A stretch of 64,000 nt of DNA from Chloroflexota bacterium (lineage in GTDB: Bacteria; Chloroflexota; Limnocylindria; Limnocylindrales; CSP1-4). Below are positions 54,363-63,831 of this stretch, one piece after another; position 1 is the stretch's first letter; every line of letters starts with the position of its first letter. The notes under the pieces are model-generated. The model saw only the letters and a program-made list of their open reading frames with translations, was not told the DNA's origin and ran no database searches. Made by a program: the position numbers and the translations under genes. The stretch lies in NCBI GenBank assembly GCA_027364875.1, contig DAHXON010000005.1:3976-67975 (forward strand), in the 5' to 3' direction.

Positions 54363-55589
54363 CTAGACCCTCAACACGGAATTGCCGCACCAAAGGATGC
54401 CGTATCCAACCGAAACGATGCTCGCCACGATCAGCAGCCGCTCCGGCAGGCCTCTCCAGCGCGCCGTGCCGAGGGCCACGAGCGCGATCAGGAACGGGGT
54501 GAAATCGAGCGAGTAGCGGAAGCCGTACTGGAAGTAGCCGCCCCCGTAGTAGAGGAACACCGGCACGGCGACGAGGCCGGCGGCCGCCCAGAGAAGCCCG
54601 GCGTCGCCACGGAAACCGGCCCAGGCCGCCGTCACGAGCGCCGGGGAGACGAGCAGCATCGAGAGCCCGTACGGGTTGGCGGTGAAGAACGGCGGGTGGC
54701 CGAGGGGCTGGAATCCCGTCAGGAAAGCCAGCCGCAGGTTCTCGGGGACCTGCAGGACGGAGAAGAGCCCCAGGGCACGACGCGCCTCGAGCCCCGGCTG
54801 GGGAAGGTACGAGATGTCGTAGCCGGATTCGAGCGGCGAGCCGAAACGGGCCCAGTTGAACCAGCCGTAGAAGGCCAGCGCGACGACGATCGGCAGGCCG
54901 AAGGCGAGCGCCCTGGCGATCGGCCGGTCCTGTCGCCGCACCAGGGCAAGACCGAACGGCGCGGCGGCCAGGAGAGTGGTTGGCCGGGCCAGGAACGACA
55001 GGCCAAGACAGGCGCCGAGCACAGCGGCGCGCCGGGGGCCGGCCCACTCGATCAGGAAGATCGTCAGGAGCAGGAAGGATTCGGCCTGGGCCAGGAAGTA
55101 GAAGTTGCCGAACACGGAAACGAAGAAGAGTAGGCTGCCGAAGGCCGTCAGGAGCGCCACCCAGTAGGCATTCGCGCCTTTCGCGCCGTAGGCACGGGCG
55201 AGCGGCAGGGCGAGCATGGCGGCGGCCAGGCCGAACGCCGCCGAGACGAGGAATCCCGCCGTCTGGCCGAAGCCGCCGATCGCCGCGAGAGGCACATAGG
55301 GGATGACCTGGAGCGGCCCGACCGCGATGTAGAACCGGCCTCCGATCTCGACGCTGTCGACCGTTCCCCGGAAGAGCGGCGAATCGAGGTGGCCCGCCAG
55401 GATGCGCTCGGCCAGGGTGAGCATCCGGTCGGGGAACGATCCCGTTACCGGCGAGTGCCAGTGGAATGCGGCGAAGGTCGCAGCCACGTAACCGACCGCC
55501 ACGGCGAGCCCGAACAGCAGATCGCCGTACGTGGCTCCAAACCGGGCCCTGGGGGTCGACGCGGCCGGTATCGCGGCCTCCGCATCCAT
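54363..55589 (-). CDS. Polytopic membrane protein, GT-C glycosyltransferase-like
   Basis: 408 aa, about 11 TM segments, in tandem with the preceding GT-C gene. Family not firmly recognised. Confidence 0.6.
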   Translation of the reverse strand: MDAEAAIPAASTPRARFGATYGDLLFGLAVAVGYVAATFAAFHWHSPVTGSFPDRMLTLAERILAGHLDSPLFRGTVDSVEIGGRFYIAVGPLQVIPYVPLAAIGGFGQTAGFLVSAAFGLAAAMLALPLARAYGAKGANAYWVALLTAFGSLLFFVSVFGNFYFLAQAESFLLLTIFLIEWAGPRRAAVLGACLGLSFLARPTTLLAAAPFGLALVRRQDRPIARALAFGLPIVVALAFYGWFNWARFGSPLESGYDISYLPQPGLEARRALGLFSVLQVPENLRLAFLTGFQPLGHPPFFTANPYGLSMLLVSPALVTAAWAGFRGDAGLLWAAAGLVAVPVFLYYGGGYFQYGFRYSLDFTPFLIALVALGTARWRGLPERLLIVASIVSVGYGILWCGNSVLRV

Positions 55590-55688
55590 GACCGCGAAGT
55601 ATATGGGCCGGCAGCCGTGGGTTCGCCGGCAGCCGGGGACCGCCCGGTCGCCGCCTGCGGTCGGCGGGCTACGCCCTCGCTCCGGAGG

Positions 55689-57737
55689 CTAGAGATCCTC
55701 TCCGGGCGCGGCCGCTCGCCCGATCGCCACGGCCGGCTCACCCTCGCCGGCGCCCGCGTCCGGAGAGGCGAATTGCTCGTGGTACAGGCGCGCGTAGAGT
55801 CCGCCCATCGCGAGGAGCTCGGCGTGAGTGCCTCGCTCGACGATGCGGCCGCGCTCGTACACGAGGATCAGGTCGGCCCGCAGGATCGTCGAGAGGCGGT
55901 GGGCGATGGCGATCGTCGTCCGTCCGGCCTCGAGCCCTTCGAGGGCCTGCTGGATCAGCCGCTCGCTCACGGTGTCCAGCGCCGACGTGGCTTCGTCCAG
56001 GATCAGAATCCGAGGGTCTTTGAGGAGGACGCGGGCGATGGCGATGCGCTGCTTCTCGCCGCCGGAGAGCTTGTAGCCGCGCTCGCCCACTACGGTGTCG
56101 TAGCCTTCCGGCAGCTCCATGATCCGCTCGTGGATCGCCGCCGCCCGGGCCGCCACCTCGAGCTCCTCGTCGGTCGCGTCGGGCCGGGCGTAGCGAAGGT
56201 TGTCGCGCACGGTGCTGTGAAACAGGTAGGTCTCCTGGGTCACGAAGCCCACGACCTCGCCGATCGATCGCAGCCGGATGCGCCGGACGTCGATCCCGTC
56301 GATCTCGACCGAGCCCGAGTCCACGTCGTAGAGCCTCGGAACCAGGTAGATCGTCGTGGTCTTGCCGGCGCCCGACGGGCCAACGAGGGCGACGAGCTGC
56401 CCCGGTTTGACCTCGAAGTCGATGTCGTCGAGCGAAAAGGCGTGGACGGTCTCGAGCCCGTCGGCCGGCGCGCGCCCATCCGTTCTTCGGCCGGCGTCGG
56501 CCTCGTCGGGCCCGAGTTTGCCGTTCTCACCTTCATTTCCGTTCGCGCCCAATTCGGCGGCCAGCGCGGCCGCGACCGCCGGAGGAGCCGCGGCGCGGGT
56601 CGGGTAGTGGAAACAGACGTTTCGGAGCCGGACGCCCCCGCTGACGCGGGCCGGATCGAGCTCCACGGCGTCGGGCGCGTCCGCGATCTCGGGATCCATC
56701 TCCAGGTATTCGAAGATCCGGTCGAACAGCGCCAGCGAGCCCTGCAGTTCCACCTGGACGTTCAGGAGCTGTCCGAGGGGGAAGAAGAGCCGGCTCTGGA
56801 GGGTCGTGAAAGCCACGATGTCGCCGATCGTGGGCGGGTTCTGGTGGTTGATCGCCAGGTAGCCGGCGAGCCAGTACACGAAGGCGGGGATGATCGACAT
56901 GATCGTGCCGATCAGGGCGAAGAACCACCGCCCGACGAGGGCCTGCCGGAGCTGGTTGACCGCGACGCGCTGGTTGATGCCGTCGAACCGGTCGATGGCG
57001 GCCTGCTGCTGGCCGAAGGTCTTCGAGAGCAGGATGCCGCTGACGCTCAGCGTCTCCTCGCTCGCGGAGGTCAGGTCCGCGAGCGACCTCTGGGTCTCGG
57101 TGGAGGCGGCGCGGCGGACCTTGCCGACCCGGTTGGCCACGATCGCGAAGACGGGCAGCATGGCCAGCGAGAGCGCGGTCAGGCGCCAGTCGATGAAGAG
57201 CATCGCCGCGATCGTGCTCACGACGACGGCCACGTTGCTGGTGATGCCGGCCGCGGTGTCCGTGACGACCGACTGGATTCCGCCGACGTCGTTGGTCAGC
57301 CGGCTCTGGATCTCGCCGGTTCGGGTTTCGGTGAAGAAGCGGAGGGGCAGACGCTGGAGGTGGGCATACAGGGCGTGGCGCAGGTCGCGCATGACGCTCT
57401 GGCCCACCTTGTTGTTGAGATACGTCTGACCCACGCCGATGGCGCTGCTCAGGATCGGCAGGGCGATCATCAGGCCCACGTAGACGTTGAGGAGCAGGAA
57501 GTCGCGGTGGGGGATCGCGATGTCGATCAGAAGCTTGAGCAGGATCGGGTTGATGACGCCGATGAAGCTCGTCGCCAGGATCGCCGTGAACACGACGGAG
57601 ACTTCGAGCTTGTAGGGTCCGAAGAAGCGGATGATCTTGGCGGCGGTCCGGAATCTCTGGCGGACCGGGACCGGTGGTTCGGGTTCTCGGAGGGAGGAGG
57701 CGGCAAAGCGACGACGGCCGCCACCGGAGAAGGACAT
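55689..57737 (-). CDS. ABC exporter, fused permease/ATP-binding (MsbA/type-IV exporter-like)
   Basis: 682 aa from MSFSGGG, ATG 5 nt after AGGAG. Six-TM domain. Motifs GPSGAGKTT, LSGGEKQRIAIARVLL, LILDEA. Confidence 0.9.
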   Translation of the reverse strand: MSFSGGGRRRFAASSLREPEPPVPVRQRFRTAAKIIRFFGPYKLEVSVVFTAILATSFIGVINPILLKLLIDIAIPHRDFLLLNVYVGLMIALPILSSAIGVGQTYLNNKVGQSVMRDLRHALYAHLQRLPLRFFTETRTGEIQSRLTNDVGGIQSVVTDTAAGITSNVAVVVSTIAAMLFIDWRLTALSLAMLPVFAIVANRVGKVRRAASTETQRSLADLTSASEETLSVSGILLSKTFGQQQAAIDRFDGINQRVAVNQLRQALVGRWFFALIGTIMSIIPAFVYWLAGYLAINHQNPPTIGDIVAFTTLQSRLFFPLGQLLNVQVELQGSLALFDRIFEYLEMDPEIADAPDAVELDPARVSGGVRLRNVCFHYPTRAAAPPAVAAALAAELGANGNEGENGKLGPDEADAGRRTDGRAPADGLETVHAFSLDDIDFEVKPGQLVALVGPSGAGKTTTIYLVPRLYDVDSGSVEIDGIDVRRIRLRSIGEVVGFVTQETYLFHSTVRDNLRYARPDATDEELEVAARAAAIHERIMELPEGYDTVVGERGYKLSGGEKQRIAIARVLLKDPRILILDEATSALDTVSERLIQQALEGLEAGRTTIAIAHRLSTILRADLILVYERGRIVERGTHAELLAMGGLYARLYHEQFASPDAGAGEGEPAVAIGRAAAPGEDL

Positions 57738-57986
57738 GGCTGCTCCTGAAATTGCGCCCAGACCGTAGCAGGAGACGCCGATCGGCGCCCGATTCGATGG
57801 CCGCGGACCGCCGCGTCGCGCCACCGCGCCGACAGCTTCAGCCGGCTTGAGACCCCCTCCGTGCTTCGGAGGGCGGCGCCGGCCGACCGCCTGCAGCGGG
57901 AAGGACCGGCGGCCCGGTGCGTACGCGTCGACGCCGCCTCGTGGCCGTATGCGTGATGGGGACTTCCGTACCTTGGGGTACCGGAG

Positions 57987-58034
57987 GTGCGCCCGGGCAC
58001 CGGTGCGTCCGGGCACCGGTGCATACGTGCACGG
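57987..58034. repeat. Three tandem 16-bp units GTGCGCCCGGGCACCG / GTGCGTCCGGGCACCG / GTGCATACGTGCACGG in a divergent intergenic region
   Basis: Read directly. Each unit has GTGC...GCAC ends. Confidence 0.8.
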
Positions 58035-58142
58035 GACTTGGATCGCGCGAACGTGCCATGGCCAGGACGTACTGGTGAGCGCAGACTCCCTCTCGCTGGG
58101 GGAGTCTGGGCGGTTGGCCATAGGTACTCACGAGGAGCGCTG

Positions 58143-58823
58143 ATGATCGATACGCACGCCGGATGGGGTTGGTTGGGGGCAGGTGAGTCTCGGCACACCC
58201 GAAGATCCAGGCGTCTTCTCCAGGTGGCGGCCGCCGCGGCCCTCGCCGCAGCCGCACTTGGAGCCGGCACTCAGACGACTCAGGCGTATGGCAGCGCCCT
58301 GCCCTGCAGTTCGCCGGCGCAATCCAGGGTCTTCGCGCCCTGGGGTGACAACAACACCTACTTCCAGATTGCCAACGGCGACTTCGAGGCCGGCTCGGTC
58401 AACTGGAGTCTCTCCGGGGGCGCGGCCGTGGTCTCGGGCAACGAGTCCTACTTCGTCGGCGGCTCGTCCGACTCCCACAGCCTCCGCATTCCGCCGGGCG
58501 GCTCGGCCGAGTCGCGAACCATGTGCGTCTCGATGGATCAGGACGTGGTCCGGCTGTTCGTGAACAACCAGCACGTTTCTGGCGCCATCCTGCACGTCGA
58601 GGCCATCGCCCAGAACCCGGCCACCGGCCAGATCGCGCAGACCGCCTTCGACGTCAACGGTGACGTGCCTTCCGCCAGCTGGTCTCCGACGATGCAGCTC
58701 AAGATCCCCAACCTGTTCGGCGGGAACGGCACGGAGAACCTGGCTCTCCGCTTCAGTCTCCGCGGCACCTCCGCGACCTGGTACATCGACGACATCTACA
58801 TCGATCCGTTCAAGTCCTGGTGA
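58143..58823 (+). CDS. Secreted CBM_4_9-like (galactose-binding-domain-like) protein with Tat-like signal
   Basis: 226 aa, ATG 5 nt after GAGGAG. RRSRRLLQVAAAAALAAAALGAG signal. NGDFEAGSVNW is typical of CBM4/9 N-termini. Confidence 0.6.
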   Translation: MIDTHAGWGWLGAGESRHTRRSRRLLQVAAAAALAAAALGAGTQTTQAYGSALPCSSPAQSRVFAPWGDNNTYFQIANGDFEAGSVNWSLSGGAAVVSGNESYFVGGSSDSHSLRIPPGGSAESRTMCVSMDQDVVRLFVNNQHVSGAILHVEAIAQNPATGQIAQTAFDVNGDVPSASWSPTMQLKIPNLFGGNGTENLALRFSLRGTSATWYIDDIYIDPFKSW

Positions 58824-58848
58824 GCAGCCTCAGCACGAACGGTCGCCC

Positions 58849-60186
58849 ATGGCATCCATCGAGGTCGAACGTCCGGCCGGCGGGCCGGCACACCGAAATC
58901 GGCACCCGCATCTGGCGTGGGCCAGCCCGGCCGAGCGCGACCCCGATTTGATCGAGGCCGTCAGCGAGGCCGCGGCCTTTCGGGCGGCGAGGGACCGAGC
59001 CCACTCCGACCGGGTAGCTCCCGATCGGATGTCGGGCTTTCTCACGGGCGGCTCGTTCGCGGCGGCGCTGGCTGTCTGGCAGCTTGTCAGCCCGGCCGCG
59101 AGCATCCCGCTCGGGCTCCTCGCCGCCTGCATCGTGGCCCACGCCCTCGCGGCCTCGATCGAGTTCGAGATCGGCCCTGGAACGGCCGTTCCCACGACCC
59201 CGGTCCTGTACGTCTCCCTGTTCCTCCTCCCGCCTCAGCTCGTCCCCCTGGTGGCACTGGCCGGTCTCGTCGCGGCGGCCGTTCTGGCCCGGCTGCGAGA
59301 CCACGATCGGCACGAACGCCTGTCGGTCCTTGCCGGCTCTTCCTGGCACGCCATGGGTCCGGCGGTCGTGTTCGCCCTCTTGAGCCCCCGTGGGCTCGGG
59401 CCTGAGGCGCTCGCGGTCTACGGCCTCGCGCTTGCGGCCCAGTTCGTCTGCGACGCCGTCGCGTCGTGGGTTCGCAACTGCTACGGCCTCGGCGTTTCCG
59501 GGCACAGGCTGGTCGCCGCGCTGCGTTTCACCTTCCTGGCCGACCTCGCCCTCGCCCCGGTCGGCATCGCCGCTGCCGCCGCCGCTCCGGGTTCCGCGGG
59601 GGCCCTTCTCTTCCTTGCCGGGCCGACCGTCCTCCTCCTGATGCTCCAGCGCGACCGGGAGCACCACATCGATCGAGCAGTCGTCCTGAGCGAAGCCTTC
59701 ACCCAGAGCGCCGATCGAGCCCGCCGCGACGTGCTGACCGGTCTGCGGAACCGCCTCGCCTGGGAGGAGGCGATCGCCCTCAACTCCGCCCGTCAGGTCC
59801 CGGTCGGCGTGGTCCTCGCGGACGTGGACGGGCTCAAGGCCACCAACGACGAACTCGGTCACGACGCGGGTGACCGGCTCCTCGCGGCCATCGCCCGTGT
59901 CATCGCGGAAGCGACGCCGTCGGAGGGCGGCGCCATGGCGGCCCGACTCGGCGGCGACGAGTTCGGGATCCTGCTGCCGGGCAGCCTGGCGGGCAGGACC
60001 GCGAAGATCGCCCAGGCGCTCCAACGCTCGCTGAGCGGCACGACTGGCACCAGCGATGGGCCGCCGATCAGCGCCTCAATCGGCTTCGGGATTGCCCGCA
60101 ACGGCTCGGCTCTGGCATCCGCGTTCGTCGAGGCCGACCGCGGCGTCTACGACGACAAGGCCTCCCGAGCCATCGGCAGGCGCTAG
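58849..60186 (+). CDS. Membrane-anchored diguanylate cyclase (GGDEF)
   Basis: 445 aa from MASIEV. Polytopic N-terminal domain. Motifs DVLTGLRNR, DGLKATND and RLGGDEFGILL. Confidence 0.85.
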   Translation: MASIEVERPAGGPAHRNRHPHLAWASPAERDPDLIEAVSEAAAFRAARDRAHSDRVAPDRMSGFLTGGSFAAALAVWQLVSPAASIPLGLLAACIVAHALAASIEFEIGPGTAVPTTPVLYVSLFLLPPQLVPLVALAGLVAAAVLARLRDHDRHERLSVLAGSSWHAMGPAVVFALLSPRGLGPEALAVYGLALAAQFVCDAVASWVRNCYGLGVSGHRLVAALRFTFLADLALAPVGIAAAAAAPGSAGALLFLAGPTVLLLMLQRDREHHIDRAVVLSEAFTQSADRARRDVLTGLRNRLAWEEAIALNSARQVPVGVVLADVDGLKATNDELGHDAGDRLLAAIARVIAEATPSEGGAMAARLGGDEFGILLPGSLAGRTAKIAQALQRSLSGTTGTSDGPPISASIGFGIARNGSALASAFVEADRGVYDDKASRAIGRR

Positions 60187-60223
60187 CCGTCTCGGTTCGT
60201 CGAGGGGTCGGGCGACCCGGGGC

Positions 60224-60257
60224 GCCCGGGCTCGGTGCCCGGGCTCGGTGCCCGGGC
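60224..60257. repeat. Tandem 13-bp repeat GCCCGGGCTCGGT, 2.6 copies
   Basis: Read directly, between the convergent GGDEF and trxB stops. Confidence 0.8.
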
Positions 60258-60263
60258 GATCGG

Positions 60264-61277
60264 TCAGCCGGCGGTCGTGGGGGATGGCGGAGTGGCGACC
60301 GCGGCCGTTCCTCCGGGGGCCTGCGACTCCGTCGCTTCGAGCCAGCGTTCCGCGTCGATCGCGGCCCGGCAACCTTCCCCGGCCGCGGTGACCGCCTGGC
60401 GGTAGCGATGGTCGTCCACGTCCCCGGCAACGAAGACGCCGTCGATGTTCGAGGCCGTGGTCCGGCCCTCCACTCGCAGATAGCCCTTGTCGTCGAGGTC
60501 GAGCCAGTCGCGGAAGACGTCGACGTTGGGGCGGTGCCCGATGGCCACGAAAAGGCCTTCGACCGGCAGGATCTCCTCGCCGCTCCGGTCGGTTCGCTCC
60601 AGCCTGACGCCGTCCACCGTGTTGTCGCCAAGTACCTCTTTCACGGTCCGGTTGAGGTGCATCGCGATCTTGGGGTTGGCCTCGGCCCGAGCCTGCATGA
60701 TCTTGCTGGCCCGCAGTGCGTCGCGGCGGTGGATCAGGTGGACCTCTTTGGCGAAGCGGGTGAGGTACAGCGCGTCCTCGAGAGCGCTGTCTCCGCCGCC
60801 CACCACCCCGACGACCTTGTCACGGAAGAAGAACCCGTCGCATGTGGCGCAGGCGCTGACGCCCTTGCCGCGCAGCCGCGTCTCGCTGTCGATGCCCAGC
60901 CAGATCGCCTCGGCGCCCGTGGCGACGATGACCGCGTCGGCTCGATATTCGACGCCGTCGGCCCACAACCGGAAGGGCCGGCCGGCGAAGTCGACCCGAT
61001 CCACGTCCGCATCCACGATCCGCGCGCCGAAGCGCAGCGCCTGGGCGCGGAAGCGATCCATCAGCTCCGGTCCGGCGATGGCTTCGGGGAATCCGGGGTA
61101 GTTCTCGACGTCGCTGGTGACCATGAGCTGGCCGCCGCCGACGAGGCCGCCGATCACGATCGGGGCGAGGTTCGCCCGGGCCGCGTAGATAGCCGCCGTG
61201 AGGCCGGCCGGGCCCGAACCGACGATGACGACGCGGGTCGAGACGGGCTCGCCCGAAGTCGGTCGACGTGCCGGCAT
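60264..61277 (-). CDS. trxB: Thioredoxin-disulfide reductase
   Basis: Motifs VVIVGSGPAG, CATCDG redox centre, VGGGDSALE, GVFVAGD. Start taken at MPARRP (61277); the ORF-track start at 61367 adds 30 aa. There is a ~25-aa Pro/Thr/Ala C-terminal tail. Confidence 0.9.
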   Translation of the reverse strand: MPARRPTSGEPVSTRVVIVGSGPAGLTAAIYAARANLAPIVIGGLVGGGQLMVTSDVENYPGFPEAIAGPELMDRFRAQALRFGARIVDADVDRVDFAGRPFRLWADGVEYRADAVIVATGAEAIWLGIDSETRLRGKGVSACATCDGFFFRDKVVGVVGGGDSALEDALYLTRFAKEVHLIHRRDALRASKIMQARAEANPKIAMHLNRTVKEVLGDNTVDGVRLERTDRSGEEILPVEGLFVAIGHRPNVDVFRDWLDLDDKGYLRVEGRTTASNIDGVFVAGDVDDHRYRQAVTAAGEGCRAAIDAERWLEATESQAPGGTAAVATPPSPTTAG

Positions 61278-61473
61278 GGCGATCTGGTCGCCGTCGCTCT
61301 CGAGCGGGGCAAGGGTCTGGAGCTTGAGGCCGCCAAGGCTCAGCCTGGTGGGTCGTTCGTCAGTCATAGATCAGATCCTAGCACCTGGTGGATACTCCCT
61401 GGGAGTATGGCCCGAGTGGCATGCCCGGCTTCGATCGGGCGCCGATCCGCTCCCGCGCCGCGCGCCGGACGGC

Positions 61474-62367
61474 CTAGATCGCCGCCGGCTCCAGGTCGTG
61501 GACGGCGGGCAGGACCTCGCGGCCGAGCGTCTCCAGGTTCGACAGGCTGGCCACGTCGGTCAAGTTGAAGATGACGTGCTGGACGCCGACGGCGGCCAGG
61601 CCCCGGAAGCGCTTGACGATCTGATCGGGCGACTCCTGGCCGACATCCACGGTCTGGAGATTCGTCCGCTCGATCTGCTCGAACGGCCGCTTCTCCTCGT
61701 CGCAGCGCTGCCTCAGAACGGCGAACTTGTGCTTGAGTTGCTCGGGGCCGCCAAAGATGTTCGTGGCATCGGCGTAGCGCGCAACCAGGCGCAGGGTCTT
61801 CTGCTCGCCGCCGCCGCCGATGAGGATCCGCGGGTGCGGCCGGCTGATCGCCTGGGGCGAGTTCAGCAGCCGCTCCGCCTGGAAGTGCCGGCCCGGGAAC
61901 GCGGTCTGGCTTCCGTGGTCGCCCTGCCACATCTGATGGCAGATCTGGAGCGTCTCCTCGAGCATCTCGAATCGCACCCCGAGCGGGGGCATGGGAAAGC
62001 CCAGGCCGTGGCTCTCCTGCTCGTTCCAGGCGGCGCCGATCCCGAGATAGGCTCTGCCGCCGCTCAAGACGTCGAGCGTGGTTGCGGCCTTGGCCCACAG
62101 CCCGGCCTGCCGGTAATGGACGCCGCCGACCATCAAGCCGAGCGTCGCCTTCGTCGAATGAGCGGCCATGAATCCGAGCGTCGTCCAGCCTTCGAGCATC
62201 GGGTCTTCCGCCGGGCCGACGGACCGGATCTGGAAGAAGTGGTCCATGACCCAGAGCGAGTCGAACCCGACCGCGTCGGCGGTCTCGGTGACGCGCGCGA
62301 GCGTTGAACCGATGGCGGCGTCTCCGCCGGGCCAGGTGAACGAGGGGATCTGTAGGCCGACTCTCAC
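61474..62367 (-). CDS. LLM-class (luciferase-like) F420-dependent oxidoreductase
   Basis: 297 aa from the GTG (VRVGLQIP). Motifs FDSLWVMDHFF and GIGAAWNEQE. Confidence 0.8.
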   Translation of the reverse strand: MRVGLQIPSFTWPGGDAAIGSTLARVTETADAVGFDSLWVMDHFFQIRSVGPAEDPMLEGWTTLGFMAAHSTKATLGLMVGGVHYRQAGLWAKAATTLDVLSGGRAYLGIGAAWNEQESHGLGFPMPPLGVRFEMLEETLQICHQMWQGDHGSQTAFPGRHFQAERLLNSPQAISRPHPRILIGGGGEQKTLRLVARYADATNIFGGPEQLKHKFAVLRQRCDEEKRPFEQIERTNLQTVDVGQESPDQIVKRFRGLAAVGVQHVIFNLTDVASLSNLETLGREVLPAVHDLEPAAI

Positions 62368-62409
62368 TTGCCCACTCCAGGTAAGGGCACGGGCCGCCGG
62401 CGATGGCCG

Positions 62410-62560
62410 GCTCGGGGACTCGTTGCAGCGGCCACAGGTTAGCACCGCAACGATTCGGGTCTTCGCGCGCGGCCCGAAACGGCGGCGGTCGGACCGCCTA
62501 CCGGGGCGAGTCCGGCGGCGTCCGGGCCTCGAATCGACAGGGCCGCCTCGTGGGCCGTCC
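62410..62560 (+). ncRNA. Weak candidate c-di-AMP (ydaO/yuaA-type) riboswitch in the 294-nt leader of the LysM-M23 peptidase gene
   Basis: Ordered elements resemble the motif as I recall it: CUCGGGGACUC (62411), GGGGCGAGUCC (62503), GAAUCGACAG-GGCCG-CCUCGUGGGC (62531), with several GC hairpins in between. The match is from memory only, and the CAGCUAAC core is not conserved. Confidence 0.2.
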
Positions 62561-62661
62561 CCGTCGTTTGCACAGTCTCGCCGTCCTCTGCTACGGTTGG
62601 GGACCGATGGCATACGGTTCCGGGCCGTCGCGGGTCCGGAATTGTCCAGCTGGAGTATCTA

Positions 62662-63831
62662 TTGCAGCGAGCGTCGGTCCTGCTGGACCGCATCCGCGCC
62701 CTCGTGGCGCCATCCCCGGACGACGAGTCGAGCTCAGCCGCCGCGCGGCCCGATGTCGGCCGGCCGGCAGGTCGCATCGTTTCGGCCCTGCGCGCCGGTG
62801 ACGGGCTCGAGAGGCTGATACCCGTGGGGCTCTGCGCGCTCCTGGTCGTCGCCGCTGTCGTGAGCAGCCTGCCCGTTGCTCGTCCCGTCTCCGCCGCGGC
62901 CGCCACTTCCCAGCCGACTCAGGACGCCGCCACCGGCAGCTCCGCGGTGGTTCCCGTGCGCCAGTACGGCGCCGGCGATGGGCCGGCCGCCGCCGACCTC
63001 AACGACCTCTACTTCGGCGACGGGTCCATCTCCAACACCCTGCAGATCCCGGCCGCGGGTTCGGACGTGCGGGCGCTGCTGGGCTCGTACACGGTCAAGT
63101 CCGGCGACACGATCTCGAAGATCGCCGCGCGCTTCGGGCTCGCGTCCACGACCATCTACTGGGCCAACAAGACCAGGATCCCCGATCCCACCAGGCTTCG
63201 GATCGGTCAGAGCTTCGTGATTCCGCCGATGGACGGCTTGATCGTCGTCATCGGGCCCAAGGACACCCTGGCGTCGCTGGCAAGCAAGTACGGCATAGCC
63301 CCTCAGGACATCATCGATGCCAACAACCTGGCCGATGCGACCGTCGTCCTCGGCGAGGCGGTCATCATCCCCGGTGCGAGCGGCGGCCCCATTCCCAAGC
63401 CCACGGTCGTCAAGGCACCCTCAGTCGCCGCTCCCGGAGGTTGGCGCTGGCCGCTCGGGGGCGACAACTACGTGAGCCAGTTCTTCTGGTCCGGCCACCA
63501 CGCCATCGACATCGCGACGTCCTACGGCGCCCCCATCTACGCGGCCGCGAGCGGGACGGTGGTGTACGCGGGCTGGCGGTCGTACACGGGCGGCGGCAAC
63601 GTCATCTGGGTCAGGGAAGGCACCAAGCTCTACACGACGTACAACCACCTGTCGTATGTCGGCGTGCGCGTCGGGCAGGGCATTCGTGCCGGTCAGGTGA
63701 TCGGCCGGGTCGGCACGAGCGGCGTCGCCACGGGACCGCACCTCCACTTCGAGGTGTGGCTGGGCTATCCGTGGGCCCTCGGCAACAACTCCGACGCGGT
63801 CAATCCGTGCCGCTATCTGGCGGGCTGCTAG
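62662..63831 (+). CDS. Secreted/anchored LysM (x2) + M23 family metallopeptidase
   Basis: 389 aa (TTG start, uncertain). One TM segment, two LysM repeats (YTVKSGDTISKIAARFG; VVIGPKDTLASLASKYG), and the M23 motifs HHAIDI and GPHLHFEV. Confidence 0.85.
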   Translation: MQRASVLLDRIRALVAPSPDDESSSAAARPDVGRPAGRIVSALRAGDGLERLIPVGLCALLVVAAVVSSLPVARPVSAAAATSQPTQDAATGSSAVVPVRQYGAGDGPAAADLNDLYFGDGSISNTLQIPAAGSDVRALLGSYTVKSGDTISKIAARFGLASTTIYWANKTRIPDPTRLRIGQSFVIPPMDGLIVVIGPKDTLASLASKYGIAPQDIIDANNLADATVVLGEAVIIPGASGGPIPKPTVVKAPSVAAPGGWRWPLGGDNYVSQFFWSGHHAIDIATSYGAPIYAAASGTVVYAGWRSYTGGGNVIWVREGTKLYTTYNHLSYVGVRVGQGIRAGQVIGRVGTSGVATGPHLHFEVWLGYPWALGNNSDAVNPCRYLAGC

